A stretch of 54,084 nucleotides of DNA. Source: a virus. Taxonomy: Duplodnaviria > Caudoviricetes. This document shows positions 19,819-30,259 of the stretch, piece after piece; within the stretch, counting starts at the first letter, position 1; each line of letters begins with the position of its first letter. A program made the translations under genes and the position numbers. The DNA is taken from the IMG/VR virus record IMGVR_UViG_3300048686_000814, positions 1-54,084 of that record. One strand, written 5' to 3'. The notes under the pieces are model-generated. The model searched no databases, was not told the DNA's origin, and saw only the letters and a list, made by a program, of their open reading frames with translations.

Positions 19819-20651
19819 TTGATGGTTAACTCTAATATTTGGTCAATCTCTTGACAGTGCTCAATGCCAATGGCATCTTTACAGTATGTTTGTAGATCCA
19901 TTAGCTGATAATTAACCTCTAATTGTTGTTTATGCTCGTTGAGCGCCTGGATATACTTATACCTACCTTGTAGGGGAATACTGTTAATAATATCCCAGGC
20001 AGTACCATACTCTTCAACAAGCTGCTGAGCGCGTTTAGGTCCAATACCAGGCACACCAGGGACATTATCGCCACTATCGCCCATAAGACACTTAACGGAA
20101 ATATACTGTTCGGGTTCAAATGGATATTGATCATTCCAATTTTCCCAAGTAGTTTCTTTTCTAGTAACATAACTAAATCTGTTAACTCCTGGTTTTATTA
20201 ATAAATCCCAATCTTTATCACTACTCATCAGCCAAATCTCATTGACAGCTAGTTTGCGTTTTTTGGCTACAATATAAGCAGCAATATCATCTGCTTCAAC
20301 TCCTTGAAATCGTAGCACTGGATAATGTTCGCCAAGTAGTTCTAGTGTTGTGGTAAAATCTTCAAAGAATAGTTCAAACTCTAGGCGTTCTTGTTCAGTT
20401 TGCTGATCGTATTTGTCTTTGCGATTTTGTTTGTACAGTGGGTAAATATTCTTTCTATAGCTACTAGATCCTTGATCTGCGGTAATAATAACCCACTTGG
20501 CTTTATAACTCTTTTTTAGGCTTTCAACAGTGCGTAGGTAGTCTTCTGCAAAATTTCTAGCTCCACTATGTTTATAGCGAAAGGCGAGATTAAGTGCATC
20601 AACTATCATCAGTGTCTTTTCAGTTGTTTCAAATTGTGTAAAAGGTTTCAT
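19815..20651 (-). CDS. D15: T5 D15-like 5'-3' exonuclease/flap endonuclease
   Basis: IVDALNLAFR, YKQNR, GVEADD, SSDKD, GDSGDNVPGVPGIGPKRA. Start moved to ATG 20651, downstream of a promoter. Confidence 0.92.
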   Translation of the reverse strand: MKPFTQFETTEKTLMIVDALNLAFRYKHSGARNFAEDYLRTVESLKKSYKAKWVIITADQGSSSYRKNIYPLYKQNRKDKYDQQTEQERLEFELFFEDFTTTLELLGEHYPVLRFQGVEADDIAAYIVAKKRKLAVNEIWLMSSDKDWDLLIKPGVNRFSYVTRKETTWENWNDQYPFEPEQYISVKCLMGDSGDNVPGVPGIGPKRAQQLVEEYGTAWDIINSIPLQGRYKYIQALNEHKQQLEVNYQLMDLQTYCKDAIGIEHCQEIDQILELTIK

Positions 20652-20676
20652 ATTATTTTTTAAGGTGTAATCTATT

Positions 20677-20705
20677 ATTATATCACTGTTGATACATAAA
20701 GTCAA
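20677..20705 (-). promoter_or_regulatory. Sigma70-type promoter
   Basis: TTGACT-N17-TATAAT. Confidence 0.8.
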
Positions 20706-21163
20706 GATATAAATTTAACCGTGGGTCCACTAAGCCAATCTTCTAATAGCATAATATAAAACTCGTAATCACCACCATTGCTGTACAGCAACCAGCGATT
20801 ATCTAACATGTCAAGTTCATATACTACAGTAGCTACAAACAATTTACTTCGATCATATTTAAATATAAGTAATGGTAATTTATCTACTTGACGTGCTTGT
20901 CGATCAGTTTGTTGCCACCATTCTATAAGTTGTGGCGTTTTATGCGTTAGCAACCCACTATTTATGTGGTCTTCTGCATAACCTTTTACTTCTACACAAA
21001 ACCTATTATTAACACCAGGTATGTATAAGTCTCCCTTAAGCTGATGTTTAGGGTCAAGAGCACCTGATCCAGGTACTCGCTCCCAATTTAGGCTAGTGTG
21101 CTTACGTAACATATCACGTGCTAATATTTCTGTACGCGCACCTTTTTGACGACTATCTACCAC
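20702..21163 (-). CDS. D14: T5 D14-like PD-(D/E)XK nuclease (resolvase-like)
   Basis: DSRQKGAR.E, WERVPGSGA, LKGD, EVK, WWQQ; synteny with T5. Confidence 0.82.
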   Translation of the reverse strand: MVDSRQKGARTEILARDMLRKHTSLNWERVPGSGALDPKHQLKGDLYIPGVNNRFCVEVKGYAEDHINSGLLTHKTPQLIEWWQQTDRQARQVDKLPLLIFKYDRSKLFVATVVYELDMLDNRWLLYSNGGDYEFYIMLLEDWLSGPTVKFIS

Positions 21164-21335
21164 TGGTAGCCTCACTAACATGTTTAGCTAACTTATTCCA
21201 ATCAATATCGCCATTAGCGTTCATATATAATGGCAGTTTCTGATCTAGTACAGCTAATTCTTCAATAGATTTTGTAGCTTTTTCTACCAACTTACGTTTG
21301 CGTTCTAGTAATTTTTCAAATCTTTTAGCTCGCAT
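21153..21335 (-). CDS. Hypothetical protein
   Basis: Fills the D13-D14 gap; start MRAKRF avoids overlap. Confidence 0.55.
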   Translation of the reverse strand: MRAKRFEKLLERKRKLVEKATKSIEELAVLDQKLPLYMNANGDIDWNKLAKHVSEATSGR

Positions 21336-21339
21336 ATAT

Positions 21340-23142
21340 TCATGCCTCAATACGAGATATATTACTGTGTTTAACAATTCCAATTCTCTCAATTAAGGGG
21401 TGACTAAAAGAGTGACTTATTAAAACAGTATTAAGATGCTCTTCCCCAAGTAATACGTCTACTAGTTTTTCTTTACCTTCTACGTCTAGTGCTTCTACTG
21501 TTTCATCTAATATTAATAAATTAATTCTACTACTGCTAAGTGTTTGCATTAATTTACGAATAGCTAATAGTGTAGCAACATTAACTCTAGCTCGTTCCCC
21601 ACCACTAAGTGCATTAATATCAATATCTCGTCCATTATCTGTGATAATTACATTTAGTTTATCACTACTATTTACTTTGAAACTAATTTGAAATCTGCCA
21701 TCACTTAGATCAACTAAATAACTGTTAGTAATAGCTTCTAAGTCTTTTACTAAACATTCTATTTTGTATGCCACAAGACCAGTAGTACTAAATGTTTTCG
21801 TAAGTACTTGTAGAATACTCATACGCTCATTCATAAGATTTAGCTGAAAACTATGTTCTTCTAATTCTTCGTTCATCTCTTGCAACTGTTGCTTAATAGT
21901 TTCTACGCGACTATTATGCTGCTGAATTTTTAAATTATTTTCTTCGGCTAATTTAATTCTTTGTTGAGTATCTTTTAACGTTTTAGCTAAATTATTGTAC
22001 TTAGCTTGTAATTCGTCTTTTACTAGAGTTTTGTTTGGCAGAGAATTATCTATTAATAAGTGTAATTTTTCCCACTCTGTTTGTTGTTTTATATGTTGAT
22101 TATATAACTTGTCTTTTTGCTCAAGATCACTAGCAGATATAAGTGCAACAGCAGCACTAGCTCTAGCATTTTCTACTTCATCAGTTTTTTCTTTTATTAA
22201 TTCTGATACTTTTTCTTCGTTTATTTCACTAAAACAGGTTGGACATATACCATGTAAATTATTTAATTTTTTGATAAATGCTTCGCCGTCTTTGACAGTT
22301 TTCATATGTTCAGCTTGTTGTTGCTGTAGTCTTTTAATATCCTCTTTTTCTACTTTATCAGGGTTAGATACTGACAAGTCTATATTACTTAATTGTTGTT
22401 TATAAGTATTATTTTGTATAATTTTACGATTAGTTTTATCTAAATTACTAATATCTATTTCTAATTCTGCTACCTGTCTGGGTAATTCATTATTTAGTGT
22501 TTCTACTATATGGAAACTTTTTACAGTTAAATCAGTTTTTTCATATTTGTTCAACCAATTATTTATAGTATTAACTTTTGTCTGACATTCACTAATTTCT
22601 TTGCCAAGTTCTAGTGTTATTTCTTTAAATCTCTCGCTAGCTTTAGTATATTTAGTTAAATTCAATATCTCTATTAAGAATTTTTTACGAGCAGTATCTG
22701 CACTGGTTAAAAATTCTAGACTAACAGCACTACTTTGATATACTATTTGTGTAAAACTCTTGTGATCAATACCTATAATATCTTCAATTATTTTATAAGT
22801 TTGGGTTGCAGTATGACTGCTAATGTCTTGACCATTTTTTGATAATTTTACAGTTTGCTGCCCTCCTCGTATACACTTAATAGTATACTGATTACCGTCT
22901 CGCTCTAAATCTAACTCAATAGTATAATTTTTATCATTAATATACCTATTATGAATATCAGCTTTTTTTATACCTTTACTATTTTTATTAAATAGTACTT
23001 CTTCTAATATTAGAGCTACACTGCTTTTACCGTGTCCATTTTTACCTACTAATTGAATAAGCGGACTTTTAATAAAATTAATAGTATTACTACTACCGTA
23101 GCTAAAGCAGTTACTCCAACGTAGTTCTTTAATTGTTATCAT
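21340..23142 (-). CDS. D13: SbcC/Rad50-like ATPase (T5 D13)
   Basis: GKNGHGKS, CPTC zinc hook, LSGGE, LILDE. Confidence 0.93.
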   Translation of the reverse strand: MITIKELRWSNCFSYGSSNTINFIKSPLIQLVGKNGHGKSSVALILEEVLFNKNSKGIKKADIHNRYINDKNYTIELDLERDGNQYTIKCIRGGQQTVKLSKNGQDISSHTATQTYKIIEDIIGIDHKSFTQIVYQSSAVSLEFLTSADTARKKFLIEILNLTKYTKASERFKEITLELGKEISECQTKVNTINNWLNKYEKTDLTVKSFHIVETLNNELPRQVAELEIDISNLDKTNRKIIQNNTYKQQLSNIDLSVSNPDKVEKEDIKRLQQQQAEHMKTVKDGEAFIKKLNNLHGICPTCFSEINEEKVSELIKEKTDEVENARASAAVALISASDLEQKDKLYNQHIKQQTEWEKLHLLIDNSLPNKTLVKDELQAKYNNLAKTLKDTQQRIKLAEENNLKIQQHNSRVETIKQQLQEMNEELEEHSFQLNLMNERMSILQVLTKTFSTTGLVAYKIECLVKDLEAITNSYLVDLSDGRFQISFKVNSSDKLNVIITDNGRDIDINALSGGERARVNVATLLAIRKLMQTLSSSRINLLILDETVEALDVEGKEKLVDVLLGEEHLNTVLISHSFSHPLIERIGIVKHSNISRIEA

Positions 23143-23314
23143 TTTTCCAAAACTTCTTTTTATTTAAGAATCCTAGCTGTTCTACTAGTAGTATTGTGTT
23201 TTTTGCTTCATCGTAGTAATCAAACCAACGCTCTTGATCTCCGCAGCTACGTTCAGCAATAATTCTAGCAACATACACCATGTTTGGATGATATTCTGTA
23301 ATAATATCACTCAT
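23129..23314 (-). CDS. Hypothetical protein
   Basis: 61 aa, coupled between D12 and D13. Confidence 0.6.
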   Translation of the reverse strand: MSDIITEYHPNMVYVARIIAERSCGDQERWFDYYDEAKNTILLVEQLGFLNKKKFWKNDNN

Positions 23315-24266
23315 GTTCTATCTTATCTAAATTATTTTGTACTTCTTGTATACATTTATCAATAGTTTCTTGGTTTAAATTTAGAATATATTGTAAATAT
23401 TCTCGAACTTCTTCAACAAGAGTCATTTCATTATCTAGCATTAATTCTACGTCGCTAGTTCGCTTTATTACTTTGCGATCAATTAATTCATTATCTTCAA
23501 GTTGCCCTAGTTCTTGCATGTCACCCTCAACTTGATATATTGTATGGTCATAATCAGTTGGCGGTTTAGGGTCACTTGCAGATACAGTTTTACGAATAAG
23601 CTGTGGTAAGTTTAATTTTATCCATTGATGTTTTAATGTTTCTGTATCTAAAAGTATCACACCAGTATCAACATTTTGTCTATGAAAACTTGTTGTTACT
23701 GGACTACCTGGATATAAAATATTTAATTGACAATTTTCGTAACTATGTAAATCACCAGCTAAAACTATTTGCCAATCTTTAAATATATTAAGGTTAACTT
23801 CTGGACTAACATGTGGCGGAATTGCTCCTCGCACATGTGTACATAAAATATTGCCTCCCTCAGGCCAGGGATTGTTTTGCTCAAAGTCTTTTAACTTATT
23901 ATAAGGTACAAATTCTATACCATAATCACTATAATAATCATCTAATATAATTACTTTGCGATTCATAAGATTAGTGGCACGAGCTAAATTTGTTAAAAAA
24001 GTTGTTGATTTTTTAACTGCTTCATGATTTCCACTATAAATAAGAGTTGGTATATTACAGTTACTAATCATGTCAAAATAAATCTCTAATTCATCCATAC
24101 TAGGCAACTTGTCAAAAATATCTCCGCCTATAATAAATAAATCTGCTTTATTTTGTACTAAAGCTAGTTGCTGCCACAATAATTTATACCTATTTTTAGC
24201 CCATTCTACAGGAACATTTTTTTGACCTAATTTTATATGAATATCGGCTGTAAATAGTACTTGCAT
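23307..24266 (-). CDS. D12: SbcD/Mre11-like nuclease (T5 D12)
   Basis: ADIH, GGDIFD, GNHE, GDLH, YPGSP. Confidence 0.92.
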   Translation of the reverse strand: MQVLFTADIHIKLGQKNVPVEWAKNRYKLLWQQLALVQNKADLFIIGGDIFDKLPSMDELEIYFDMISNCNIPTLIYSGNHEAVKKSTTFLTNLARATNLMNRKVIILDDYYSDYGIEFVPYNKLKDFEQNNPWPEGGNILCTHVRGAIPPHVSPEVNLNIFKDWQIVLAGDLHSYENCQLNILYPGSPVTTSFHRQNVDTGVILLDTETLKHQWIKLNLPQLIRKTVSASDPKPPTDYDHTIYQVEGDMQELGQLEDNELIDRKVIKRTSDVELMLDNEMTLVEEVREYLQYILNLNQETIDKCIQEVQNNLDKIEHE

Positions 24267-24283
24267 TATATTTCCTAAAATGT

Positions 24284-24311
24284 TAAGCCCAGTAGTAAAC
24301 TACTGGGCTTA
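24284..24311. terminator. Perfect 12-bp hairpin
   Basis: taagcccagtag-taaa-ctactgggctta, just after the D11 stop. Confidence 0.6.
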
Positions 24312-24315
24312 TATA

Positions 24316-24954
24316 TTATCCTAGTTCTTTAATTGCTTCTGCTTGACTTTGATCAATGTCTTCTTCTTCTTGTTGATTATTTACTTTTTCTAAAAGTGCT
24401 TTTACTTCTTCGGGAGTTGGTCTAGGAAATTTTTCATCTATATTTTGGGCACTATCAGCTAAAGCTTTTTCTTCAGCACTTAATTTTCTTGGTTTGCAAC
24501 GTAGTACCTGTAATGTATATTCTACATTAAAAGCTAACGGGCCGGTTTTAGTACGCTTAAATACTACATCCCAACCACTATCGTAATCAGTAGGATCACC
24601 TAAATCTTCTGCAGCTGTAAGAATCTGCTCAAATAATTTCTTTTTGAGATTAAGAGCTTTAACCTTACCATCTTTAGGATCAATACAATTGATAGAGTAA
24701 CTCCAGCTGCATTTTAAGTCTGGATAATAATCTGGAACATGATCTTTTTCAAGATTATCGAATTTTTCTTTATCACGGCTAAATGCTAAGCACTCGATAG
24801 GAATATCTTTGTTGTTTGTACCTTTGATCCAGTAAATATAACGAGGAAGAATACCGCCAATTAATCTTACTGTATTTTCGCCATCTTTATACTCGTAGGT
24901 TTCTACTTTATTTGTTACTGCTTTACCTTTTGTTTGTTTAAAAGTTAGTGCCAT
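24316..24954 (-). CDS. D11: T5 D11-like ssDNA-binding protein
   Basis: GILPRYIYW, LGDPTDYDSGWD..FKR.KTGP..NVEY, acidic tail; synteny. Confidence 0.8.
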   Translation of the reverse strand: MALTFKQTKGKAVTNKVETYEYKDGENTVRLIGGILPRYIYWIKGTNNKDIPIECLAFSRDKEKFDNLEKDHVPDYYPDLKCSWSYSINCIDPKDGKVKALNLKKKLFEQILTAAEDLGDPTDYDSGWDVVFKRTKTGPLAFNVEYTLQVLRCKPRKLSAEEKALADSAQNIDEKFPRPTPEEVKALLEKVNNQQEEEDIDQSQAEAIKELG

Positions 24955-25311
24955 TTATTCCTCGTATTTAAAATAAATTTTGTTGTTTTTGATTGTTATT
25001 ATAGGATTGTAGGTTATTGCGTTTATATTTAGATCAGGATAGTAAGTTAAGTCTAGGTGTGTATACTTTAAATCTTTATATTGTTGATAACTCCTGCGCC
25101 CTGCTAAGTCTAGATATTGCGCTCTATATAATATATCTACATTTTTGTCTAAGAAAAAATCTTGTGCATTTTTTAAAAAGCTCAACCCATTCAATTTAGG
25201 GTCATTTCTTTTATAATGTTTATACAATATATTTAACAATTTTACTGGATCATACTTACTTAAAGTTTTAGCTTTTTGTAAATCAAATCTATATATTTTT
25301 CTTTCGACCAT
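24955..25311 (-). CDS. Hypothetical protein at the T5 D10-D11 position
   Basis: AQYLDLAGRRSY..Y motif; synteny. Confidence 0.65.
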   Translation of the reverse strand: MVERKIYRFDLQKAKTLSKYDPVKLLNILYKHYKRNDPKLNGLSFLKNAQDFFLDKNVDILYRAQYLDLAGRRSYQQYKDLKYTHLDLTYYPDLNINAITYNPIITIKNNKIYFKYEE

Positions 25312-25316
25312 TATAT

Positions 25317-25345
25317 ATTATAACACAGCTAGCCAAGTACTGCAA
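25317..25345 (-). promoter_or_regulatory. Sigma70-type promoter (probably a leaderless transcript)
   Basis: TTGCAG-N17-TATAAT; only 5 nt between the -10 hexamer and the ATG. Confidence 0.65.
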
Positions 25346-25355
25346 GTTAAAAATT

Positions 25356-26648
25356 CTATACCGTTATGACTTCCCAGCCCTTTTTAAGATATAGTCCCAG
25401 TCTATCATTATTTTGTTTCTTGTCTAACCAACCGCTAAACTGTACATCTACTACTACAGGAGTTAGTTTACCTGAATGTTCTCTCATAACTCTACCTATA
25501 ATTTGTTCTAGTAGACTATCATTACTCATTGGTACTGCTAGAATTACACAGCTTAATATATTGATGGAAATTCCTTCACTAAATATTTGTCTGCTACCAG
25601 CAATGCACATTTTTGTTTTATTAAGTATTTGTTCTTTTGCAAGTTGTCTTTCTTCTGTTGAGGTGTCGCCAGTAACCAACAAACACGTTTCACCAACATA
25701 TTCTTTTACCTTTTCTAGAAATTCTACTCTGTCCGCTACTATTAGTACACTGTGCCCATTATTAATATGATATTTAGCTAAAACGCTAATAAATTTTCTG
25801 TAATCATTATCTTGCGTCAATTCGTTTATTTTTTCAACCCAGCTAGCTTTTGGATTTAGTACTATATTACTCTTAATTAAATGTACTTGTGGATTAATAG
25901 TATTACTTTGTGGGGGTTTATATACTACATCACCAAAGTAATCTTGAAATACTACATGCTTTCCATCTTTTCTAGTCATAGTACCACTTAATGCGAGCCT
26001 ATATCTACTATGAAAACTATCTACAGTTTGACTAAAAGTGCTTGCTGGACAATGATGCGCTTCATCTAAAATAATAGTGCCAAATTCTTTATTTATTTTT
26101 TCTAAGTGTTTTACAATACTTTGTACATTTCCAACTACTACGCAGTGGTCATCAATATCAAATACTCCACCACCAATAATTCCTGGGGTTATTCCAAATA
26201 GGGTTTCTACTTCATCTACCCACTGATCTCGCAGTGCTGTAGTATGCGTTATAATTAGTGTCTTTTGTTGCCATTTGCTAGCTATGTGTAAGGCAGTAAA
26301 TGTTTTACCCCAGCCTACTAGTGCATTAATAAAGCAGGTATCATTAGCCTGTCTATAAATCTCTTCTTGTTCCGGTCTTAGTTCAAATTTTGCTTTAGGA
26401 AAAGGAACATTATTATATACACGCTTGTCTATAATTTCATATTCTTCCGGTATTAGGTCTGTGCGACCTTGAGGAACACTTATCATACCACCATTAAATA
26501 ATTTATAGTTTTTTATAGTTTCTACTGTATTAAATTTTTTAGATCCAGTATTTTTTACAAGTTTATAGGTTAGTGTATTTGCTATAAATTTAGTAGCAGC
26601 ATTACCTGGATTATCCATATAAATTCTATTACTTATAATAGCTTTCAT
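25356..26648 (-). CDS. D10: SF2 DEAH helicase (T5 D10/UvsW-like)
   Basis: GWGKT, DEAHH, LSGT, EQIIGRVMR. Confidence 0.93.
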   Translation of the reverse strand: MKAIISNRIYMDNPGNAATKFIANTLTYKLVKNTGSKKFNTVETIKNYKLFNGGMISVPQGRTDLIPEEYEIIDKRVYNNVPFPKAKFELRPEQEEIYRQANDTCFINALVGWGKTFTALHIASKWQQKTLIITHTTALRDQWVDEVETLFGITPGIIGGGVFDIDDHCVVVGNVQSIVKHLEKINKEFGTIILDEAHHCPASTFSQTVDSFHSRYRLALSGTMTRKDGKHVVFQDYFGDVVYKPPQSNTINPQVHLIKSNIVLNPKASWVEKINELTQDNDYRKFISVLAKYHINNGHSVLIVADRVEFLEKVKEYVGETCLLVTGDTSTEERQLAKEQILNKTKMCIAGSRQIFSEGISINILSCVILAVPMSNDSLLEQIIGRVMREHSGKLTPVVVDVQFSGWLDKKQNNDRLGLYLKKGWEVITV

Positions 26649-27169
26649 ACTAATCTCCAAGTTGACTTAATTTTTTCATCGCATAAACCGTAGAATAATA
26701 TTTTGCCGTTGTAGTGTAAAATTGCTGCATATTTTTCATTATTTGGTACTGTCAGTGATTTAAATCTTTCTACTAGACCCTCAACCTCTAATACACACCC
26801 TATGCCACTAACAGGTAAAACTTGTTTAATCTTGTAAATTTGCAGCTTGGCGCGTGTAGATTTTTTGTACTGAAAAATAGCTCCGCTACTGTCTATAAAC
26901 CAAACTTTTGGTGTAGCTATTTTTACTAAATCTTGCAGGGTATATATTGCAGTAGATATTTTATATAAATTATCTTTATTAATACTTAATCTTCGTAAAC
27001 CTAGTGTTTTTTGTGGTAGTGTTTGATCATCTACAACTTTTATTGTATTTACTAAATTGTTTTCTTCGTTGTCTAATAATTCTGTGTGATAATAAACAAC
27101 CCCACTTTCTACTTGAGGCTGTTTATTACCTAACTTAAATACGGGCCAAGCTATTTTCTCTAACTGCAT
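26645..27169 (-). CDS. T5-like hypothetical protein between pol and D10
   Basis: WPVFKL..VVDDQTL..TLGLRRL..FIDSSG; synteny. Confidence 0.7.
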   Translation of the reverse strand: MQLEKIAWPVFKLGNKQPQVESGVVYYHTELLDNEENNLVNTIKVVDDQTLPQKTLGLRRLSINKDNLYKISTAIYTLQDLVKIATPKVWFIDSSGAIFQYKKSTRAKLQIYKIKQVLPVSGIGCVLEVEGLVERFKSLTVPNNEKYAAILHYNGKILFYGLCDEKIKSTWRLV

Positions 27170-29414
27170 AGGTTTCTTCAAAATGACCAAAGCTATAATC
27201 ATCACCAATATCTTGATCTACACCAATAGGAAATCCGCGAATGTTACAGCCCCAGTCATATTGAGTATTACTACGCAATATACTACAATACTGCTCTACG
27301 TGCTCGGTCTTAACAAGTGCCACGATTGAGTCATGGACAAGCATGAAGATTCTTGCGTCAAGTCCGCACTCGACAATTTCTCTAGCAGTTCCAATAGCTC
27401 CGAGTAGGTTAACGTCACTTGCCAGCGATTGGATTTCTGAATTAATTCCACTTCGTACTTCGTGGGCTGCGATTCCTTTGTCACTGCTGAATACGTTAGG
27501 AAGCCGTCTTTTTCGGCCAAAAAACGAGTAAGTATATCCATTCTGTTGAATAAAGTCCTTGCGAGTGTCTAACCACTGCTTTAATTTCTTAAAAGTTGTA
27601 AAATACTGCTTAATATCATCACGAGCACGATCTACAGGATAATGTTGACCAGTAGCTTTAGTAACAGTAACACTGACTTTATCTGCCCCACTGCCATATA
27701 AAATACCAAATGAGATTGCTTTAGCACTTTGACGCATATCTGGATAAATTTTCTTTACCTGCTCTACATCACAGGGTAAATCAAACACCATTTTAGCAAT
27801 ACTACTGTGAAAGTCTCCGCCATCTGTAAATACTTTTTGTAGATTTTTATCGCCTGACAGCACGGCTGCATAATACATTTCAGCAGTTCGTAAGTCTTGA
27901 CTGACTATTTTATATCCTTGTGGTGCTTTGATGCAGCCTTTGATGATTGGGTCGTCTCTGGGGATTTGTTGTGCATTAAACTTCCCACTACTAGAAAGAC
28001 GACCACTAGTGGTAAAGATAAGATTAAAATTAGTACGAATCCTATCATCTTTATCAAGCTCAGGAAGTATCTTGTGTATATATGTGTTTTGGATTTTGGA
28101 TAGTTTACGTACTTGTAATATCGCTTTAGGAAGCTCATGTTCTTCACCTAATTGTTCTAGGACTTCTGCATCAGTACTAATCGCACCTGTACCAGTCTTT
28201 TTGCCAGTGGGTGTTAACCCTAGATAGTCAAATAGGATACTGCGCAGCTGTATAACACTATTAGGGTTAAATACCTTACACTGACTAAATTCAAACTGTT
28301 TTACTTCGTCAAAAGTATAAATGTGCTGTTTAGCTTCTTCAATCTTTGTAGTTAGGTACTCGTCCGCTAGTTGCATACGTTCACGACTAATAGGAATACC
28401 TACTTCCTCCATATCCATTAGGAATAGTGTACCTGGAATTAAGATTTCTGTGTAAACTTTACGCAAATTGTCATTCTTTTGTACAATAGGCCAGAACTTG
28501 TTGAATAGTTCTAGTGTAACTGCTGTGTCTATACTAGCATATTCGCTAATAATGTCAAATGGTATTAAGTCATAGGTAAAATTCTCGTTGAGTACCCCAT
28601 GTTGGCGACAATACTCCTTTTTAAATTCATCCAGTTTAGCGTCATAGTCTCCGTAATCTGTGTATTTTAGTGCTAAATCTTTTAAGCCGTGACCGTCTGT
28701 TTCGTCTAGTACATAGTGCATGACCATAGTATCGTGTACTCTAGTACGATCGAAGTCTAAGTCAAGATGATATTTGAGCATTTTATAGTCAAATTTCATA
28801 TTATGGAAAACTATTGTAAATCTACTACAAATTTCCTGCAATAACTCAAACGTACTTTCTCCAATACAATCGCAGCTAATATATCTGCCATGATTTGGCT
28901 TATAACTCATGCTAATACCAAGTACATACCCATCGCGTGGATATAATCCCGTAGTTTCTGTGTCTATAGCGACAATACCTTGTGCGTTGTCTAGTACTTC
29001 TTGAAAGAAAGCCAGTGCTTCTGCTTCATTATTAATACCAGCAAAATCACCAGTTTTAACGCCACGAGTTTCACCATTAATATACTTGTGTATTTTATCT
29101 ACTGCACGCTCAAAATCAGGCTTGCCCTCTGGTTTAAATGCTAGCATTGCAGGGTTACTGATAGGAATAAACTTTTCATTTACTAATTGACCAGCATAAT
29201 TAGTCACACTGGTAATTTTAGCATATTCTTTGGCCGCTTCAGCTCCTACCAAGATTACTAAATCGTAGAGATCGGTATCTATATCAAGATCAACATCTTT
29301 TTTCAACAATTTAGTTATTGGCTTTGAACTCATGTGAAAATGCTCAAAGTCAAACTTAAAATAATCATTATATTTTGTGCGATTTGGTGCTTTGTCAATT
29401 ACGGCAATTTTCAT
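27135..29414 (-). CDS. pol: Family A DNA polymerase, T5-type, with 3'-5' exonuclease
   Basis: IDTETTGL, HNMKFD, YASID, TTSGRLSS, QDLRTAE, RQSAKAISFGILYG, VHDSI. Confidence 0.96.
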   Translation of the reverse strand: MKIAVIDKAPNRTKYNDYFKFDFEHFHMSSKPITKLLKKDVDLDIDTDLYDLVILVGAEAAKEYAKITSVTNYAGQLVNEKFIPISNPAMLAFKPEGKPDFERAVDKIHKYINGETRGVKTGDFAGINNEAEALAFFQEVLDNAQGIVAIDTETTGLYPRDGYVLGISMSYKPNHGRYISCDCIGESTFELLQEICSRFTIVFHNMKFDYKMLKYHLDLDFDRTRVHDTMVMHYVLDETDGHGLKDLALKYTDYGDYDAKLDEFKKEYCRQHGVLNENFTYDLIPFDIISEYASIDTAVTLELFNKFWPIVQKNDNLRKVYTEILIPGTLFLMDMEEVGIPISRERMQLADEYLTTKIEEAKQHIYTFDEVKQFEFSQCKVFNPNSVIQLRSILFDYLGLTPTGKKTGTGAISTDAEVLEQLGEEHELPKAILQVRKLSKIQNTYIHKILPELDKDDRIRTNFNLIFTTSGRLSSSGKFNAQQIPRDDPIIKGCIKAPQGYKIVSQDLRTAEMYYAAVLSGDKNLQKVFTDGGDFHSSIAKMVFDLPCDVEQVKKIYPDMRQSAKAISFGILYGSGADKVSVTVTKATGQHYPVDRARDDIKQYFTTFKKLKQWLDTRKDFIQQNGYTYSFFGRKRRLPNVFSSDKGIAAHEVRSGINSEIQSLASDVNLLGAIGTAREIVECGLDARIFMLVHDSIVALVKTEHVEQYCSILRSNTQYDWGCNIRGFPIGVDQDIGDDYSFGHFEETYAVRENSLARI

Positions 29415-30259
29415 TGAATATACTCTTTTATACTTTGTACATCTATTGTGTCTAATTCGCCAGGATCAACACCATCTGGCAGTTTAATTATTTCCACCAT
29501 AAAGTCATCTTCTTCTAGTGTTGGTTTGAGCTGACGTGCTGCTTTTTCACCCGCTTCATCACCGTCAAATAATATATAAATGTTTGTAACACCCTGTGCT
29601 TTAAATGGTAATAGTTTTTGCTTTGTAGTATTTTGTAGTGTATTTGTGCCAAAACAGCAGACTGCATTTTTAATTCCTTTATCGTAAAGATTAAGCATGT
29701 CAAACACGCCTTCTACTAGAACAATACTACGACTAGGTTGTTCTAAATAGCTAGGAAATAGTGGTAATTGTACACCACTAGGATAGTTGATATATCTAGG
29801 GTTTACATTGCTTAGTGTATGACGACCTACAAATACTTTTATTTGATTAGTTACATCTCGTATAGGAAATACTATACGATCTTGTAATTTTTCTACTTGA
29901 TTGGTATAAAATGCATCAAAATGTTTTAGTGTTTGGCTACTAATACCACGAAAAGGCTTTGTCCAGGGCGTATGCCCTAGTGGTATATCTACCTCTCGTT
30001 TTGTAGCAAGTTCTTGTAGTTTCTTTTTAAGATTAGCAATCCTAAGTGGCACAGGATTAGTAAATACACCAAAATATTTAAAGATATTAGTTTTAAACCC
30101 ACAGCTAAAACAATGTGCAGCACCACTCATTCTATCAATTCTAAAACTAGGGTTATTATCTTCGTGTTCTGGATTCAAACATTTTACTAGATAATCGCGC
30201 CCGCTAACAGTATAGCCTAGGCTGTTCTTTTGTAATAGTTCTAGTACAGGATCACTCAT
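29411..30259 (-). CDS. dnaG: DNA primase (Zn finger + TOPRIM)
   Basis: CLNPEHED..HCFSCG; LVEGVFD; FDGDEAG. Confidence 0.92.
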   Translation of the reverse strand: MSDPVLELLQKNSLGYTVSGRDYLVKCLNPEHEDNNPSFRIDRMSGAAHCFSCGFKTNIFKYFGVFTNPVPLRIANLKKKLQELATKREVDIPLGHTPWTKPFRGISSQTLKHFDAFYTNQVEKLQDRIVFPIRDVTNQIKVFVGRHTLSNVNPRYINYPSGVQLPLFPSYLEQPSRSIVLVEGVFDMLNLYDKGIKNAVCCFGTNTLQNTTKQKLLPFKAQGVTNIYILFDGDEAGEKAARQLKPTLEEDDFMVEIIKLPDGVDPGELDTIDVQSIKEYIQ